From an uncultured Actinomycetes bacterium (GTDB lineage Bacteria > Actinomycetota > Actinomycetes > S36-B12 > CAIYMF01): a stretch of DNA of 32,000 nucleotides. The translations under genes and the position numbers were made by a program. Every line of letters starts with the position of its first letter. The stretch's first letter is position 1. This document shows, in pieces, positions 24,446-32,000 of this stretch. The notes beneath the pieces were generated by a model. The model saw only the letters and a list, made by a program, of their open reading frames with translations. It made no database searches and had not been told where the DNA came from. Where the stretch lies: the NCBI GenBank assembly GCA_963843975.1, contig CAWJMG010000001.1, positions 720,001-752,000 of the forward strand, read 5' to 3'.

Positions 24446-25843
24446 GTGGCGGTGGCTCCGACAGCCCAGGTGACGCGCCGCGCGTACGACCAGGCGGTCG
24501 GGGCGCTGGTGGGGCAGTTCCGCGCGCTCCCGCCCGGATCAGCGGTGCGCCTGGCCAAGAGCACGTCCAACCTCTTCCGCCCCCGTACGGCGACGAGCGC
24601 GCCGGGCCTCGACGTCTCTGCCTTCCGCGGCGTGATCGAGGTCGACGCCGAGGCGCGCACGGCCGACGTCCTGGGGATGACGACGTACGAGGAGCTCGTC
24701 GCGGCCACGCTTCCGTACGGGCTCGCACCTCTGTGCGTGCCCCAGCTGCGGACCATAACCCTCGGCGGCGCCGTCACGGGCCTCGGCATCGAGAGCGCGT
24801 CGTGGCGCAACGGCTGCCCGCACGAGAGCGTGCTCGAGCTCGACGTGCTCACCGGGTCGGGCGACGTCGTCACAGCGCGGCCCGACAACGAGCACGCCGA
24901 CCTCTTCTTCGGCTTCCCGAACTCGTACGGCTCGCTCGGCTACGCGCTGCGGCTGCGGATCGAGCTCGAGCCCGTGACGCAGTACATGGCCCTGCGGCAC
25001 GTGCCCACCGGTGACGCGGCCTCGCTGGCGCACGCGATCGTCGAGGTCACGTCGTCCGGCACGTACGACGGCGGCCGCGTCGACTACGTCGACGGCACGG
25101 TCTTCTCCCCGTCGGAGTCGTACCTCACGCTCGCGTCGTACACCGACGTCGCCGAGCGCATGCCGAGCGACTACACCGGCGAGCACATCTACTACCGCTC
25201 GATCCAGGAGCGGCGCACCGACCTGCTGACGGTGCACGACTACCTGTGGCGCTGGGACACCGACTGGTTCTGGTGCTCGCGCGCGTTCGGCGTGCAGAAG
25301 CCGCTCGTGCGGCGGCTGTGGCCGAAGTCCAAGCTGCGCTCGGACGTCTACTGGAAGCTCGTGGCGCTCGACCGGCGTACGTCGTTCTCCGCACGGCTCG
25401 AGTCCGCACGCCGCCGGCCGGCCCGCGAGCAGGTCGTGCAGGACGTCGAGGTGCCGGTCGAGGCGCTGCCGGAGTTCCTGGACTTCTTCCACCGCGAGGT
25501 CGGCATCGAGCCCGTGTGGGTGTGCCCGCTGCGCCAGCGCGACCCAGCCGTCTCGTGGCCGCTGTACGAGCTCGACCCTGCGGTCACGTATGTCAACGTC
25601 GGGTTCTGGTCGACCGTCCCGCTCCCGGCGGGCGCCGACCCGGCGGAGGGCCGCGTCAACCGCCGCATCGAGGAGGTCGTGACCTCGCTCGGCGGGAAGA
25701 AGTCGCTGTACTCCACCGCTTACTACGAGCGCGAGGAGTTCGACCGGATCTATGGCGGTACGGCCTACGCCGCGCTGCGGTCGGCGTACGACCCGGCGGG
25801 GCGGCTGCCGGACCTCTGGACCAAGACCGTGGGGCGGGGCTAG
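24446..25843 (+). CDS. bfaA: FAD-binding oxidoreductase of the tuberculostearic acid pathway (10-methylene-stearate reductase type)
   Basis: An FAD-linked oxidase (PCMH) domain (RLAKSTSNLFR..., TLGGAVTGLGIESASWRNG) with a DHCR24-like C-terminal half (YLWRWDTDWFWCS). It sits immediately upstream of a Cfa-family methyltransferase, the BfaA/BfaB arrangement. The start could be a GTG at 24446, 24452 or 24470. Confidence 0.8.
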   Translation: MAVAPTAQVTRRAYDQAVGALVGQFRALPPGSAVRLAKSTSNLFRPRTATSAPGLDVSAFRGVIEVDAEARTADVLGMTTYEELVAATLPYGLAPLCVPQLRTITLGGAVTGLGIESASWRNGCPHESVLELDVLTGSGDVVTARPDNEHADLFFGFPNSYGSLGYALRLRIELEPVTQYMALRHVPTGDAASLAHAIVEVTSSGTYDGGRVDYVDGTVFSPSESYLTLASYTDVAERMPSDYTGEHIYYRSIQERRTDLLTVHDYLWRWDTDWFWCSRAFGVQKPLVRRLWPKSKLRSDVYWKLVALDRRTSFSARLESARRRPAREQVVQDVEVPVEALPEFLDFFHREVGIEPVWVCPLRQRDPAVSWPLYELDPAVTYVNVGFWSTVPLPAGADPAEGRVNRRIEEVVTSLGGKKSLYSTAYYEREEFDRIYGGTAYAALRSAYDPAGRLPDLWTKTVGRG

Positions 25844-25876
25844 GAGCGCGGGGCGCGCTGAAGGAGGGGCACACAG

Positions 25877-27118
25877 ATGAAGCTCGCAGACATGCTGGCT
25901 CTGGTGGTCGGGCCGGACGTCGACATCACCATGACCGCGTACGACGGGAGCCGGCACGGACCGGCCGACTCGGACGTGCGCATGGACATCAGGTCGCCGC
26001 GCGCGGTGTCGCTGCTGATGTCGGCACCGGGGCAGCTCGGCCTCGCGCGCGCGTACGTCGCCGGCGAGCTCGAGGTGCACGGCGACCTGTTCACCGCGCT
26101 CGACCGTCTCGCGCGGCTCGGCGTCGAGGAGCCGACGCTTCGCGAGAAGCTGCGGCTCTACCGCGCGCTCGCGCCGTTCGCGCTGCGCCGCGAGCCACCG
26201 CCGCCGGAGGAGGTGCGGCTCGGCGGCGGCGCGCACTCCAAGCGCCGCGACGCCGACGCGATCCAGCACCACTACGACGTGAGCAACACGTTCTACCGGT
26301 GGGTGCTCGGCCCGTCGATGGCCTACACGTGCGCGGTCTACCCGAAGGTCGACGCGACGCTCGAGGAGGCGCAGGAGGAGAAGTTCGACCTCGTGTGCCG
26401 CAAGCTCGGGCTCTCCCGCGGCGACCGGCTGCTGGACGTCGGGTGCGGCTGGGGCGGGCTCGTCCTGCACGCCACGAAGCACTACGGCGTCAAGGCGATC
26501 GGCGTGACGCTGTCCGAGCGTCAGGCGGCGTGGGGGCGCGAGGCGATCGAGCGCGAGGGTCTCGGGCACCAGGCCGAGATCCGGCACCAGGACTACCGCG
26601 ACGTCGCCGAGCGCGGCTTCGACGCCATCTCCTCGATCGGTCTCACCGAGCACATCGGGTTCGCCAACTACCCGGCGTACTTCTCGTTCCTGCACTCACG
26701 GCTGAACCCGACTGGGCGCCTGCTCAACCACTGCATCACCCGCACCGACACGAACTCGCGCACGATCTACCAGGACGGCTTCATCAACCGGTACGTGTTC
26801 CCCGACGGCGAGCTCGTGCCCGTGGGGCGCATCGTGTCGGCGATCGAGGATGCGGGCTTCGAGGTGCGGCACGAGGAGAACCTCCGCGAGCACTACGCGC
26901 TCACGCTCGCCGCATGGTCGCGCAACCTGCTCGACCACTGGGACGAGGCCGTCGCGGAGATCGGAATCGGCAAGGCGCGGGTGTGGAAGCTCTACCTCGC
27001 GGCGTCCCAGATGGGCTTCCACCGCAACATGATCCAGCTGCACCAGGTGCTCGCCGTGGCCCCCGACGACCACGGCCACGCCGACGTCCCCCTCCGCCTA
27101 GGCCTCGACCGCCCCTAG
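25877..27118 (+). CDS. bfaB: Cyclopropane-fatty-acyl-phospholipid-synthase-family SAM methyltransferase (10-methylene-stearate forming)
   Basis: GAAGGAGG lies 8 nt upstream of the ATG. CFA-synthase family motifs are HYDVSNTFYRWVLGPSMAYTCAVY, the SAM-binding LLDVGCGWGG, and FINRYVFPDGEL. Confidence 0.85.
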   Translation: MKLADMLALVVGPDVDITMTAYDGSRHGPADSDVRMDIRSPRAVSLLMSAPGQLGLARAYVAGELEVHGDLFTALDRLARLGVEEPTLREKLRLYRALAPFALRREPPPPEEVRLGGGAHSKRRDADAIQHHYDVSNTFYRWVLGPSMAYTCAVYPKVDATLEEAQEEKFDLVCRKLGLSRGDRLLDVGCGWGGLVLHATKHYGVKAIGVTLSERQAAWGREAIEREGLGHQAEIRHQDYRDVAERGFDAISSIGLTEHIGFANYPAYFSFLHSRLNPTGRLLNHCITRTDTNSRTIYQDGFINRYVFPDGELVPVGRIVSAIEDAGFEVRHEENLREHYALTLAAWSRNLLDHWDEAVAEIGIGKARVWKLYLAASQMGFHRNMIQLHQVLAVAPDDHGHADVPLRLGLDRP

Positions 27119-27127
27119 CGCTTTCTT

Positions 27128-27179
27128 CCCCTTAGGGTCACGAAGTGCCCTTCAAGGGCGCTTTCTGACCCCTAAGGGG
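27128..27179. terminator. Long imperfect palindrome between convergent bfaB and SDR genes
   Basis: CCCCTTAGGGTCA (27128-27140) pairs with TGACCCCTAAGGGG (27166-27179) with a one-base bulge. An inner GCCC/GGGC hairpin is enclosed. GCGCTTTCT occurs twice in direct orientation (27118 and 27158). No U-tract follows it on either strand. Confidence 0.4.
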
Positions 27180-27190
27180 CGGATTCGCCG

Positions 27191-28000
27191 CTAGCCGAGG
27201 ATGCCGGGGCCGGCGTTGTCGAGGCCGCCGTCGGCGGTGATGGTCGTGCCGGTGATGTAGTCGCCGGCCGGGGAGGCGAGGAAGCCGACCAGCGCCGCGA
27301 CCTCGTCGGCGGCCTGCATGCGCGGGAGCGGCACGATGCTCGACAGGATGCCGGTGTCGATGCCGTACTTCGAGATCGCCTCGGTGTGCACGAAGCCCGG
27401 CGCGATCGCGACGACGCGCACGCCGCGCGGCCCCCACTCGACCGAGAGCGTGCGGGTGAGCGACTCGACGGCGGCGCGCGCTGCGGACGAGTGCGCCATG
27501 CCCGGCGTGCCGCGGTGCGGCGACATCGTGATGCTGATGACCTTGCCGTAGCCGTTCGGCAGCATCGAACGCTCGGCGACCCGCGCGGTCATGTACCAGG
27601 TCGCGTCGAGATTGAGGCGCGTCACCGCACGGAACCCCTTGTGCGACAACGTCTCTGCAGGCGATACGAACTGCCCGCCTGCGTTGTTCAGCAGGATGTC
27701 GATGCGCCCGAGATCGGCGAGCACGGCATCGAGCAGGACGTCGACCTGCTCGGGCTCGCGTACGTCGCACACCGCGATGCTGATGGCCTCGGCGTACCCG
27801 GCCTCGGCGCCGAGCCGCGCGGTCTCCTCGAGCTTGTCGGCCGTTCGCCCCACGACGCAGACGCGCGCGCCCATCCGCGCGAGCAGCAGGGCGCTCGCGC
27901 GACCGATGCCGCTGCCACCTCCACTGACAAGAGCGGTACGCCCCGTCAAGGAGCCGTCGGCGAGGACTGCGAGGACATCGGGGCGCGTGGGAACCGTCAC
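27191..28000 (-). CDS. SDR-family oxidoreductase, PECR/DECR-like (enoyl-CoA reductase type)
   Basis: 269 aa from a GTG at 28000, which forms a GTGA overlap with the upstream stop. Motifs: TGRTALVSGGGSGIGRA and NNAGG. The active-site region reads MAHSSAARAAV in place of YxxxK, as in peroxisomal trans-2-enoyl-CoA reductase-type SDRs. Confidence 0.85.
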   Translation of the reverse strand: MTVPTRPDVLAVLADGSLTGRTALVSGGGSGIGRASALLLARMGARVCVVGRTADKLEETARLGAEAGYAEAISIAVCDVREPEQVDVLLDAVLADLGRIDILLNNAGGQFVSPAETLSHKGFRAVTRLNLDATWYMTARVAERSMLPNGYGKVISITMSPHRGTPGMAHSSAARAAVESLTRTLSVEWGPRGVRVVAIAPGFVHTEAISKYGIDTGILSSIVPLPRMQAADEVAALVGFLASPAGDYITGTTITADGGLDNAGPGILG

Positions 28001-28944
28001 GCGTCGAAGGGTAGGGGCCCGGGGGCGAATGCGCGGCGAAGCACCCCGGATGCCACCTGCAGCCCCGCGCGCAGGCCGCCGTCGAGCGCGACCGCGCCGA
28101 CCAGCGCCTGCACCTCGTCGGCCATCGCACGCCGGTCGTCGCGGTCGTCGTGACGCCGCTCGAGCCCGAGCTCCTGCGCGCGCACCGCCATCGTCGCGTT
28201 CGACGTCGTCCCGCGGCGCTCCTCGCTGAGCAGCGCCTCCGTGGCCTCGGGCTCCTCGACGTACTGAGCCGTCGACATCGCGGCCTCGATCACCGAGTCG
28301 CCCACCACCGCGAGCCGGCGGCGCGTCGGGCCGGCGAGCGCGGCGGCGCCGAACCACACCGGGTCCACGGGCTCGTGCCCGAGCGTGCGCGCCGCGGACT
28401 CGTAGCGGACGGCCCGCTCGGCCGAGGGCAGATCCGTACGCCGCGGCAGCCCGTCCAGCGCCGCGCGCACCACGAGGTCGTAGGCCGCCGCAGCGGCGTC
28501 GTCGATTCCGCGGTCGACCCAGATCGCGCCGATCGAGGCCTCGATGCGGTCGGCGAGGCGGTGCTTGGAGGCTGGGAAGGTCCGCACCGCGGGCAGGCCG
28601 CGGCGGGCGGCCACCCGGCCGAGCGCGTGGTCGGACACCATCGCCTGCTGCTCGCCGTTGATGAGCGCGAGCGAGGTCTCCTCCCACGGCTCGAGGCGCA
28701 CCAGCTCGAGGACGACGACGGCGTCCAGGATCGAGTCACCGACGTACTCGAGCCGCTGGAACAGATGCCCGCGCGGGTCGATGAGGGCCCGCACGAGGTC
28801 CTCGCGTCCGAGCGTCACACCCAGGGCGTGGTCGAGCGTCGCCACGTCGTCAGCGGCGAGTCCGGTGAGCGCCGCGCGCCAGGTCGTCACGGGCGACCAT
28901 GCTGGCGCATCCGGCCTCCACCGTCGCGCGCGCCGGGCCGACAC
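27997..28944 (-). CDS. Protein with two tandem RNase III catalytic domains, no dsRBD
   Basis: Domain 1 has RLEYVGDSILD and LADRIEASIGAIWVD. Domain 2 has RLAVVGDSVIE and MADEVQALVGAVALDGG. The start is uncertain (listed GTG at 28944, or an in-frame GTG 18 codons downstream). Confidence 0.8.
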   Translation of the reverse strand: MSARRARRWRPDAPAWSPVTTWRAALTGLAADDVATLDHALGVTLGREDLVRALIDPRGHLFQRLEYVGDSILDAVVVLELVRLEPWEETSLALINGEQQAMVSDHALGRVAARRGLPAVRTFPASKHRLADRIEASIGAIWVDRGIDDAAAAAYDLVVRAALDGLPRRTDLPSAERAVRYESAARTLGHEPVDPVWFGAAALAGPTRRRLAVVGDSVIEAAMSTAQYVEEPEATEALLSEERRGTTSNATMAVRAQELGLERRHDDRDDRRAMADEVQALVGAVALDGGLRAGLQVASGVLRRAFAPGPLPFDA

Positions 28945-29029
28945 GCGGCCCGGGCAGGACGAAGGCGGCCCGCACGGGGGATGGCAGGCCGCCTTCGTCG
29001 ATCAGGGGAGCGCAGGGCTCGGACGCGGG

Positions 29030-29665
29030 TCACACGCGGACGCGCGCGACCTTCCACGACGAGGTCCAGATGCGCTCGAGCATCACGCGCTTGCCGGGGT
29101 ACGGCGAGTGCCAGATGTAGCCGTTCCCGGCGTAGATCGCGACGTGGTAGATCCGGCCGCTGGAGGAGTAGAAGAAGACGAGGTCGCCCTTGACGGCCTT
29201 GCTCTTCTTGATCGGGATCGCCCACGCGTACTGGTCGCGCGAGACGCGCGGCAGCGAGATGCCGAGGCGCGAGTACACGTAGCGCGTGTAGCCCGAGCAG
29301 TCGAAGCCGGTCGAGGGGCTCGTGCCGCCGGCGCGGTAGGCGATCCCCTTGAAGCGCATAGCCGTGGCCACGGCCGCCTTGCCGCGGACGACCGGGTCGG
29401 CCTTCGCGGCGGCGCTCAGCTTCACGAAGCCGGTGCGGGCGGCCGGCAACGAGTACGTCGCGGTCGGCGCCGTCGTGACGGCGGTGGTGGACGACGACAG
29501 CGACGACGTCGTGAGCGTCGTCGTGCTGACCGAGGTCTCGGTGATGGTCGAGGTGCCGGTGTCCGAGGGCACGGCGGCCGAGGCCGGGGCCGTGAACGCG
29601 GGCAGCAGCGTGAGCGCCAGGGCAGCCGAGACGGCCGCGCCGAGGCGCGCGCGAGCAGACGCCAT
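29030..29665 (-). CDS. Secreted NlpC/P60 (C40) peptidoglycan endopeptidase
   Basis: 211 aa from MASARARLGAAV (ATG 29665, with GGAGG 6 nt upstream). It has a signal peptide ending ASA-AV and a Ser/Thr-rich linker. The NlpC/P60 core is GFDCSGYTRYVY (catalytic Cys) ... YHVAIY (His). Confidence 0.9.
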   Translation of the reverse strand: MASARARLGAAVSAALALTLLPAFTAPASAAVPSDTGTSTITETSVSTTTLTTSSLSSSTTAVTTAPTATYSLPAARTGFVKLSAAAKADPVVRGKAAVATAMRFKGIAYRAGGTSPSTGFDCSGYTRYVYSRLGISLPRVSRDQYAWAIPIKKSKAVKGDLVFFYSSSGRIYHVAIYAGNGYIWHSPYPGKRVMLERIWTSSWKVARVRV

Positions 29666-29680
29666 GAAGTCCTCCACGAC

Positions 29681-29846
29681 GCCTGCGAGGTGAGCTGTCG
29701 GGTTCGGGTCGTGGATTGACCCGGCCGGTCCGGGGACCGGCTTCACCCCGAGGGCTCGCCGTGCGGCGAGGCCCGGAAATCCTGGGTCCCCCGCTCCTGC
29801 CAGCGAGGTCATGACCGGGGGCGACTGGCAGGACTCGGCGTCCACC
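29681..29846 (-). promoter_or_regulatory. ydaO-yuaA (c-di-AMP) riboswitch
   Basis: The minus strand reads, in order: ...GAGUCCUGCCAG...CUGGCAGGAGCGGGGGACCCA...CGGGGUGAAGCC...CCGGGUCAAUCCACGACCCGAACCCGACAGCUCACCUCGCAGGCG. This reproduces the ordered conserved blocks of the ydaO motif, including the 3' CCGACAGCUnACCUCGnAnGCG box. It ends 16 nt before the NlpC/P60 start. Cell-wall hydrolases are a classic actinobacterial target. Confidence 0.7.
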
Positions 29847-29878
29847 CTCGGCGCCCGTCGGGTGACGGGCCGTGACGG

Positions 29879-29908
29879 AAACTAGGGCATCGCACCCGCC
29901 TATGTCAC
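29879..29908 (-). promoter_or_regulatory. Candidate promoter for the riboswitch-NlpC/P60 transcript
   Basis: The minus strand reads GTGACA-18 nt-TAGTTT (TAnnnT -10), about 30 nt upstream of the riboswitch. The neighbourhood contains repeated CCGTGACA / CCGTCAC motifs. Confidence 0.35.
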
Positions 29909-30032
29909 GGGTTTGTCACGGACGGGCCAACGATCGGGGTGAAGTTCACCCTGCAAACACGGGTGAAACGGACATCTCGGGCTGCCTCGATCGGGTGGCG
30001 GCCCCGCCCGGGTGACGCCGTGTGCTCACGCG

Positions 30033-31280
30033 CTAGAGCTCGACGGCGAGGCGGTCGCGGCCCTCGGCCTTGGCCCGACGCAGCGCCGAGTCGGCGCGCT
30101 CGAGCAGCGCGTCTACGTCGTCGCTGATCCGCAGCTGGGCGAGCCCGAAGGACGCCGTACGGAAGAGGGGGTCGTCGCCGCCGAGCAGCTCGGTGCCGGC
30201 GACCTCCGCGCGCAGCCGCTCGATGAGCACGAGCGCGCCCTCGAGCCCGGTGTCGGGCAGCAGCAGGCAGAACTCGTCCCCGCCGAACCTGGCCACGACG
30301 TCCTCCGCCCGGGCCGCTCCGCGCAGCACGGCGCCCATCGTCGCGAGCACGGCCTCGCCCGCGAGGTGGCCGCGGTCGGTGTTGACGCTCTTCATGTGGT
30401 CGAGGTCGACCATCACGGCGATGAGGTCGCGCCCGTGCCGTCGTGCGCGGGAGATCTCGCCTACGGCGACGGTGCGGAAGGACTGCAGCGTCAGAAGCCC
30501 CGTCTTGGCGTCGATCCCCGCGAGGAGCAGCGCCTCCTGGGTGCGCAGCGACCGCACCAGCATCCAGACCGACGGCAGGACGAGCAGCGCCGTCACGGGC
30601 GACACCGCCAGGAGCGCGAAGACGAGCAGGCCGATGGCCACCCCGGGGGCATCGCGCCGCACCAGCTCCGGCCCGAGCCCCTCCATGTCCTCACCGAGCC
30701 CGTCGGCGACGTCGAGGTGCCGGAGGTGGGCGACCACCTCGACCGCGAGGTACGTCGCCCCGGAGGCCGCCAGGCCGATCACGCGGATGGTGTCGTCGGG
30801 CATCGCTGAGTCGGCGGCGAGCAGCGTCGCGAGCTCGTAGGCGAGCATTGCGATCGACATAGCCGCGGTGCGGATTGCCGCGTTGAGGGCGAGGCGTCTC
30901 CGGTCGCGACGCCATGCCGACGCCAGCGCCACGACGGGGAAGGCGAGGGGCGGCACGAGCAGCGCGGCGCCGATGAGCACCGCGCCGGTCGCGTCGAAGA
31001 CGACCGTCCGCTCGCCGCGCGAGCGCCCGAGCCGCGCCCGCACGCGGTTGCCGGCAAGGGCGAGGGTGCACAGCAGCGGGACGAGCCACAGGTGGTCGTG
31101 CTCGGTCCAGGCCTCGTGGACCGGGTCGTAGAGCACGATGGCTGCGACCCACGAGACGGCGGTGATGGCCGCGAGCTCGAGGCCCGCGCGGCGCATGCGC
31201 CCCCGCGCCCGCCGTGCCTGCGCGCCCAGGTCGCTCCGGTCGGTGATGTCGACCTGCAGGTCCTCGTGCTCGTGGAACAT
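30033..31280 (-). CDS. Membrane-bound diguanylate cyclase (GGDEF)
   Basis: 415 aa from MFHEHEDL (ATG 31280, GGGAGGGG upstream). It has an N-terminal multi-TM region. The GGDEF domain has the active site RFGGDEF, with an RAED I-site five residues upstream. Confidence 0.9.
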   Translation of the reverse strand: MFHEHEDLQVDITDRSDLGAQARRARGRMRRAGLELAAITAVSWVAAIVLYDPVHEAWTEHDHLWLVPLLCTLALAGNRVRARLGRSRGERTVVFDATGAVLIGAALLVPPLAFPVVALASAWRRDRRRLALNAAIRTAAMSIAMLAYELATLLAADSAMPDDTIRVIGLAASGATYLAVEVVAHLRHLDVADGLGEDMEGLGPELVRRDAPGVAIGLLVFALLAVSPVTALLVLPSVWMLVRSLRTQEALLLAGIDAKTGLLTLQSFRTVAVGEISRARRHGRDLIAVMVDLDHMKSVNTDRGHLAGEAVLATMGAVLRGAARAEDVVARFGGDEFCLLLPDTGLEGALVLIERLRAEVAGTELLGGDDPLFRTASFGLAQLRISDDVDALLERADSALRRAKAEGRDRLAVEL

Positions 31281-31484
31281 GCGCGCCCCTCCCGAGAGAC
31301 CGGGCCCCCTGGCCCGTGGGTGAAGCAGATCAGCGCGCGCGTGCGTGCGGCAGCGGGTGAGTGTCCGGAAGTCGGTCGGGCGAACGTCCCATCCGGAGCA
31401 GCCCGAGGTCACCCTGCGTGCTCGGGCCGGTCCGTTCCTGACCCGGTCATCATCCGAACGACCCGCCCGGCGGACAGCGGTGGT

Positions 31485-31510
31485 GACGGAGCGGCGTCGG
31501 CTGCTCCGTC
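31485..31510 (-). terminator. Hairpin after the DtxR-family gene
   Basis: GACGGAGC-10 nt-GCTCCGTC is an 8-bp stem lying 20 nt downstream of the stop at 31530. No U-tract. Confidence 0.3.
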
Positions 31511-31529
31511 CGGGGGAGGCTCGGGAGGT

Positions 31530-32000
31530 CTAGCCCTTCGTCACGAAGACGTGCGACGCCGTGGCCGCGTCGAGCTCGGCGTACTCGCCGGCACTGCCCA
31601 CCAGCACGCCGCCGGGCGACGCGACGACCTTGACCGTGGCCGAGGGGACGACGCCGGCGCGGTGCAGCGAGGCCATGAGCGCGGCGTCGTTCTGGATCGG
31701 CTCGCCGATGCGCGCGACGGTGACGCGGGTGGAGCTCTCGCCGCCCACCTTGTCGAGGGTGAGCAGGCCGCTGAGGTCGGCCGACGCGCTGTCGCGGTCG
31801 AGCTCCTCGAGGCCCGGGATCGGGTTGCCGTACGGCGAGACCGTGGGGTTCTTGAGCAGCTCGAGGATGCGGCGCTCGACGCGCTCGCTCATCACGTGCT
31901 CCCAGCGGCAGGCCTCTGCGTGGACGTCCTCCCACTCCAGGCCGATGATCTCGACGAGGAGGCACTCGGCCAGGCGGTGCTTGCGCATCACGCGGGTGGC
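31530..32000 (-). CDS. DtxR/IdeR/MntR-family metal-dependent transcriptional regulator (5' end beyond window)
   Basis: The frame is open to nt 32000 (...ATRVMRKHRLAECLL). It carries the metal-binding/dimerisation region HAEACRWEHVMS and a C-terminal FeoA/SH3-like domain. Confidence 0.85.
   Translation of the reverse strand, partial: ATRVMRKHRLAECLLVEIIGLEWEDVHAEACRWEHVMSERVERRILELLKNPTVSPYGNPIPGLEELDRDSASADLSGLLTLDKVGGESSTRVTVARIGEPIQNDAALMASLHRAGVVPSATVKVVASPGGVLVGSAGEYAELDAATASHVFVTKG

Noticed and set aside
1-32000. tRNA, rRNA, CRISPR arrays, IS elements or transposases, integrases
   Set aside because: No T-loop or anticodon-arm-like sequences, no regularly spaced direct repeats, and no transposase or integrase motifs were seen in any frame. 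The HNH/DUF222 gene is the only mobile-element-like feature.

Overview
Very GC-rich, densely coding chromosomal segment that looks actinobacterial (GC and taxon judged by eye, not computed). No rRNA, tRNA, CRISPR array or transposase was recognised. Left to right:
- a 5'-truncated aldehyde dehydrogenase;
- an NAD-linked molybdenum formate dehydrogenase operon fdsGBAD on the minus strand, with every junction a 4-nt start/stop overlap;
- F420-dependent glucose-6-phosphate dehydrogenase (fgd);
- an orphan CheX-like protein;
- a biotin-type ECF transporter operon (bioY, ecfA, ecfT) interrupted by a short adenylate-forming ligase and a thiolase-like gene;
- an acyl-CoA dehydrogenase;
- a lower-GC patch with a DUF222/HNH (13E12-type) endonuclease;
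- a yybP-ykoY (Mn2+) riboswitch in front of a TerC gene that is translationally coupled to a BacNaV-type voltage-gated channel;
- a frameshifted SRPBCC gene behind a WS/DGAT acyltransferase;
- an Imm-5-like helical protein plus a cytoplasmic class-A beta-lactamase-like hydrolase;
- the FDH maturation operon mobA-DUF6457-fdhD, with mobA frameshifted;
- a secreted Ala/Lys-rich protein with a sortase-like C-terminus;
- the tuberculostearic-acid pair bfaA-bfaB;
- a PECR-like SDR coupled to an unusual tandem RNase III-domain protein;
- a ydaO-type (c-di-AMP) riboswitch in front of an NlpC/P60 hydrolase;
- a membrane GGDEF cyclase;
- a 5'-truncated DtxR-family regulator.

Most worth a second look:
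- the two-RNase-III-domain protein, whose second catalytic half-site is degenerate;
- the bioY ECF operon carrying non-canonical CoA-ligase and thiolase genes;
- the Mn-riboswitch/TerC/voltage-gated-channel unit with a TLENF selectivity filter;
- two +1 frame breaks that share the same AGCTTC context.

All calls rest on motif-level reading of the supplied translations. No database search was run.
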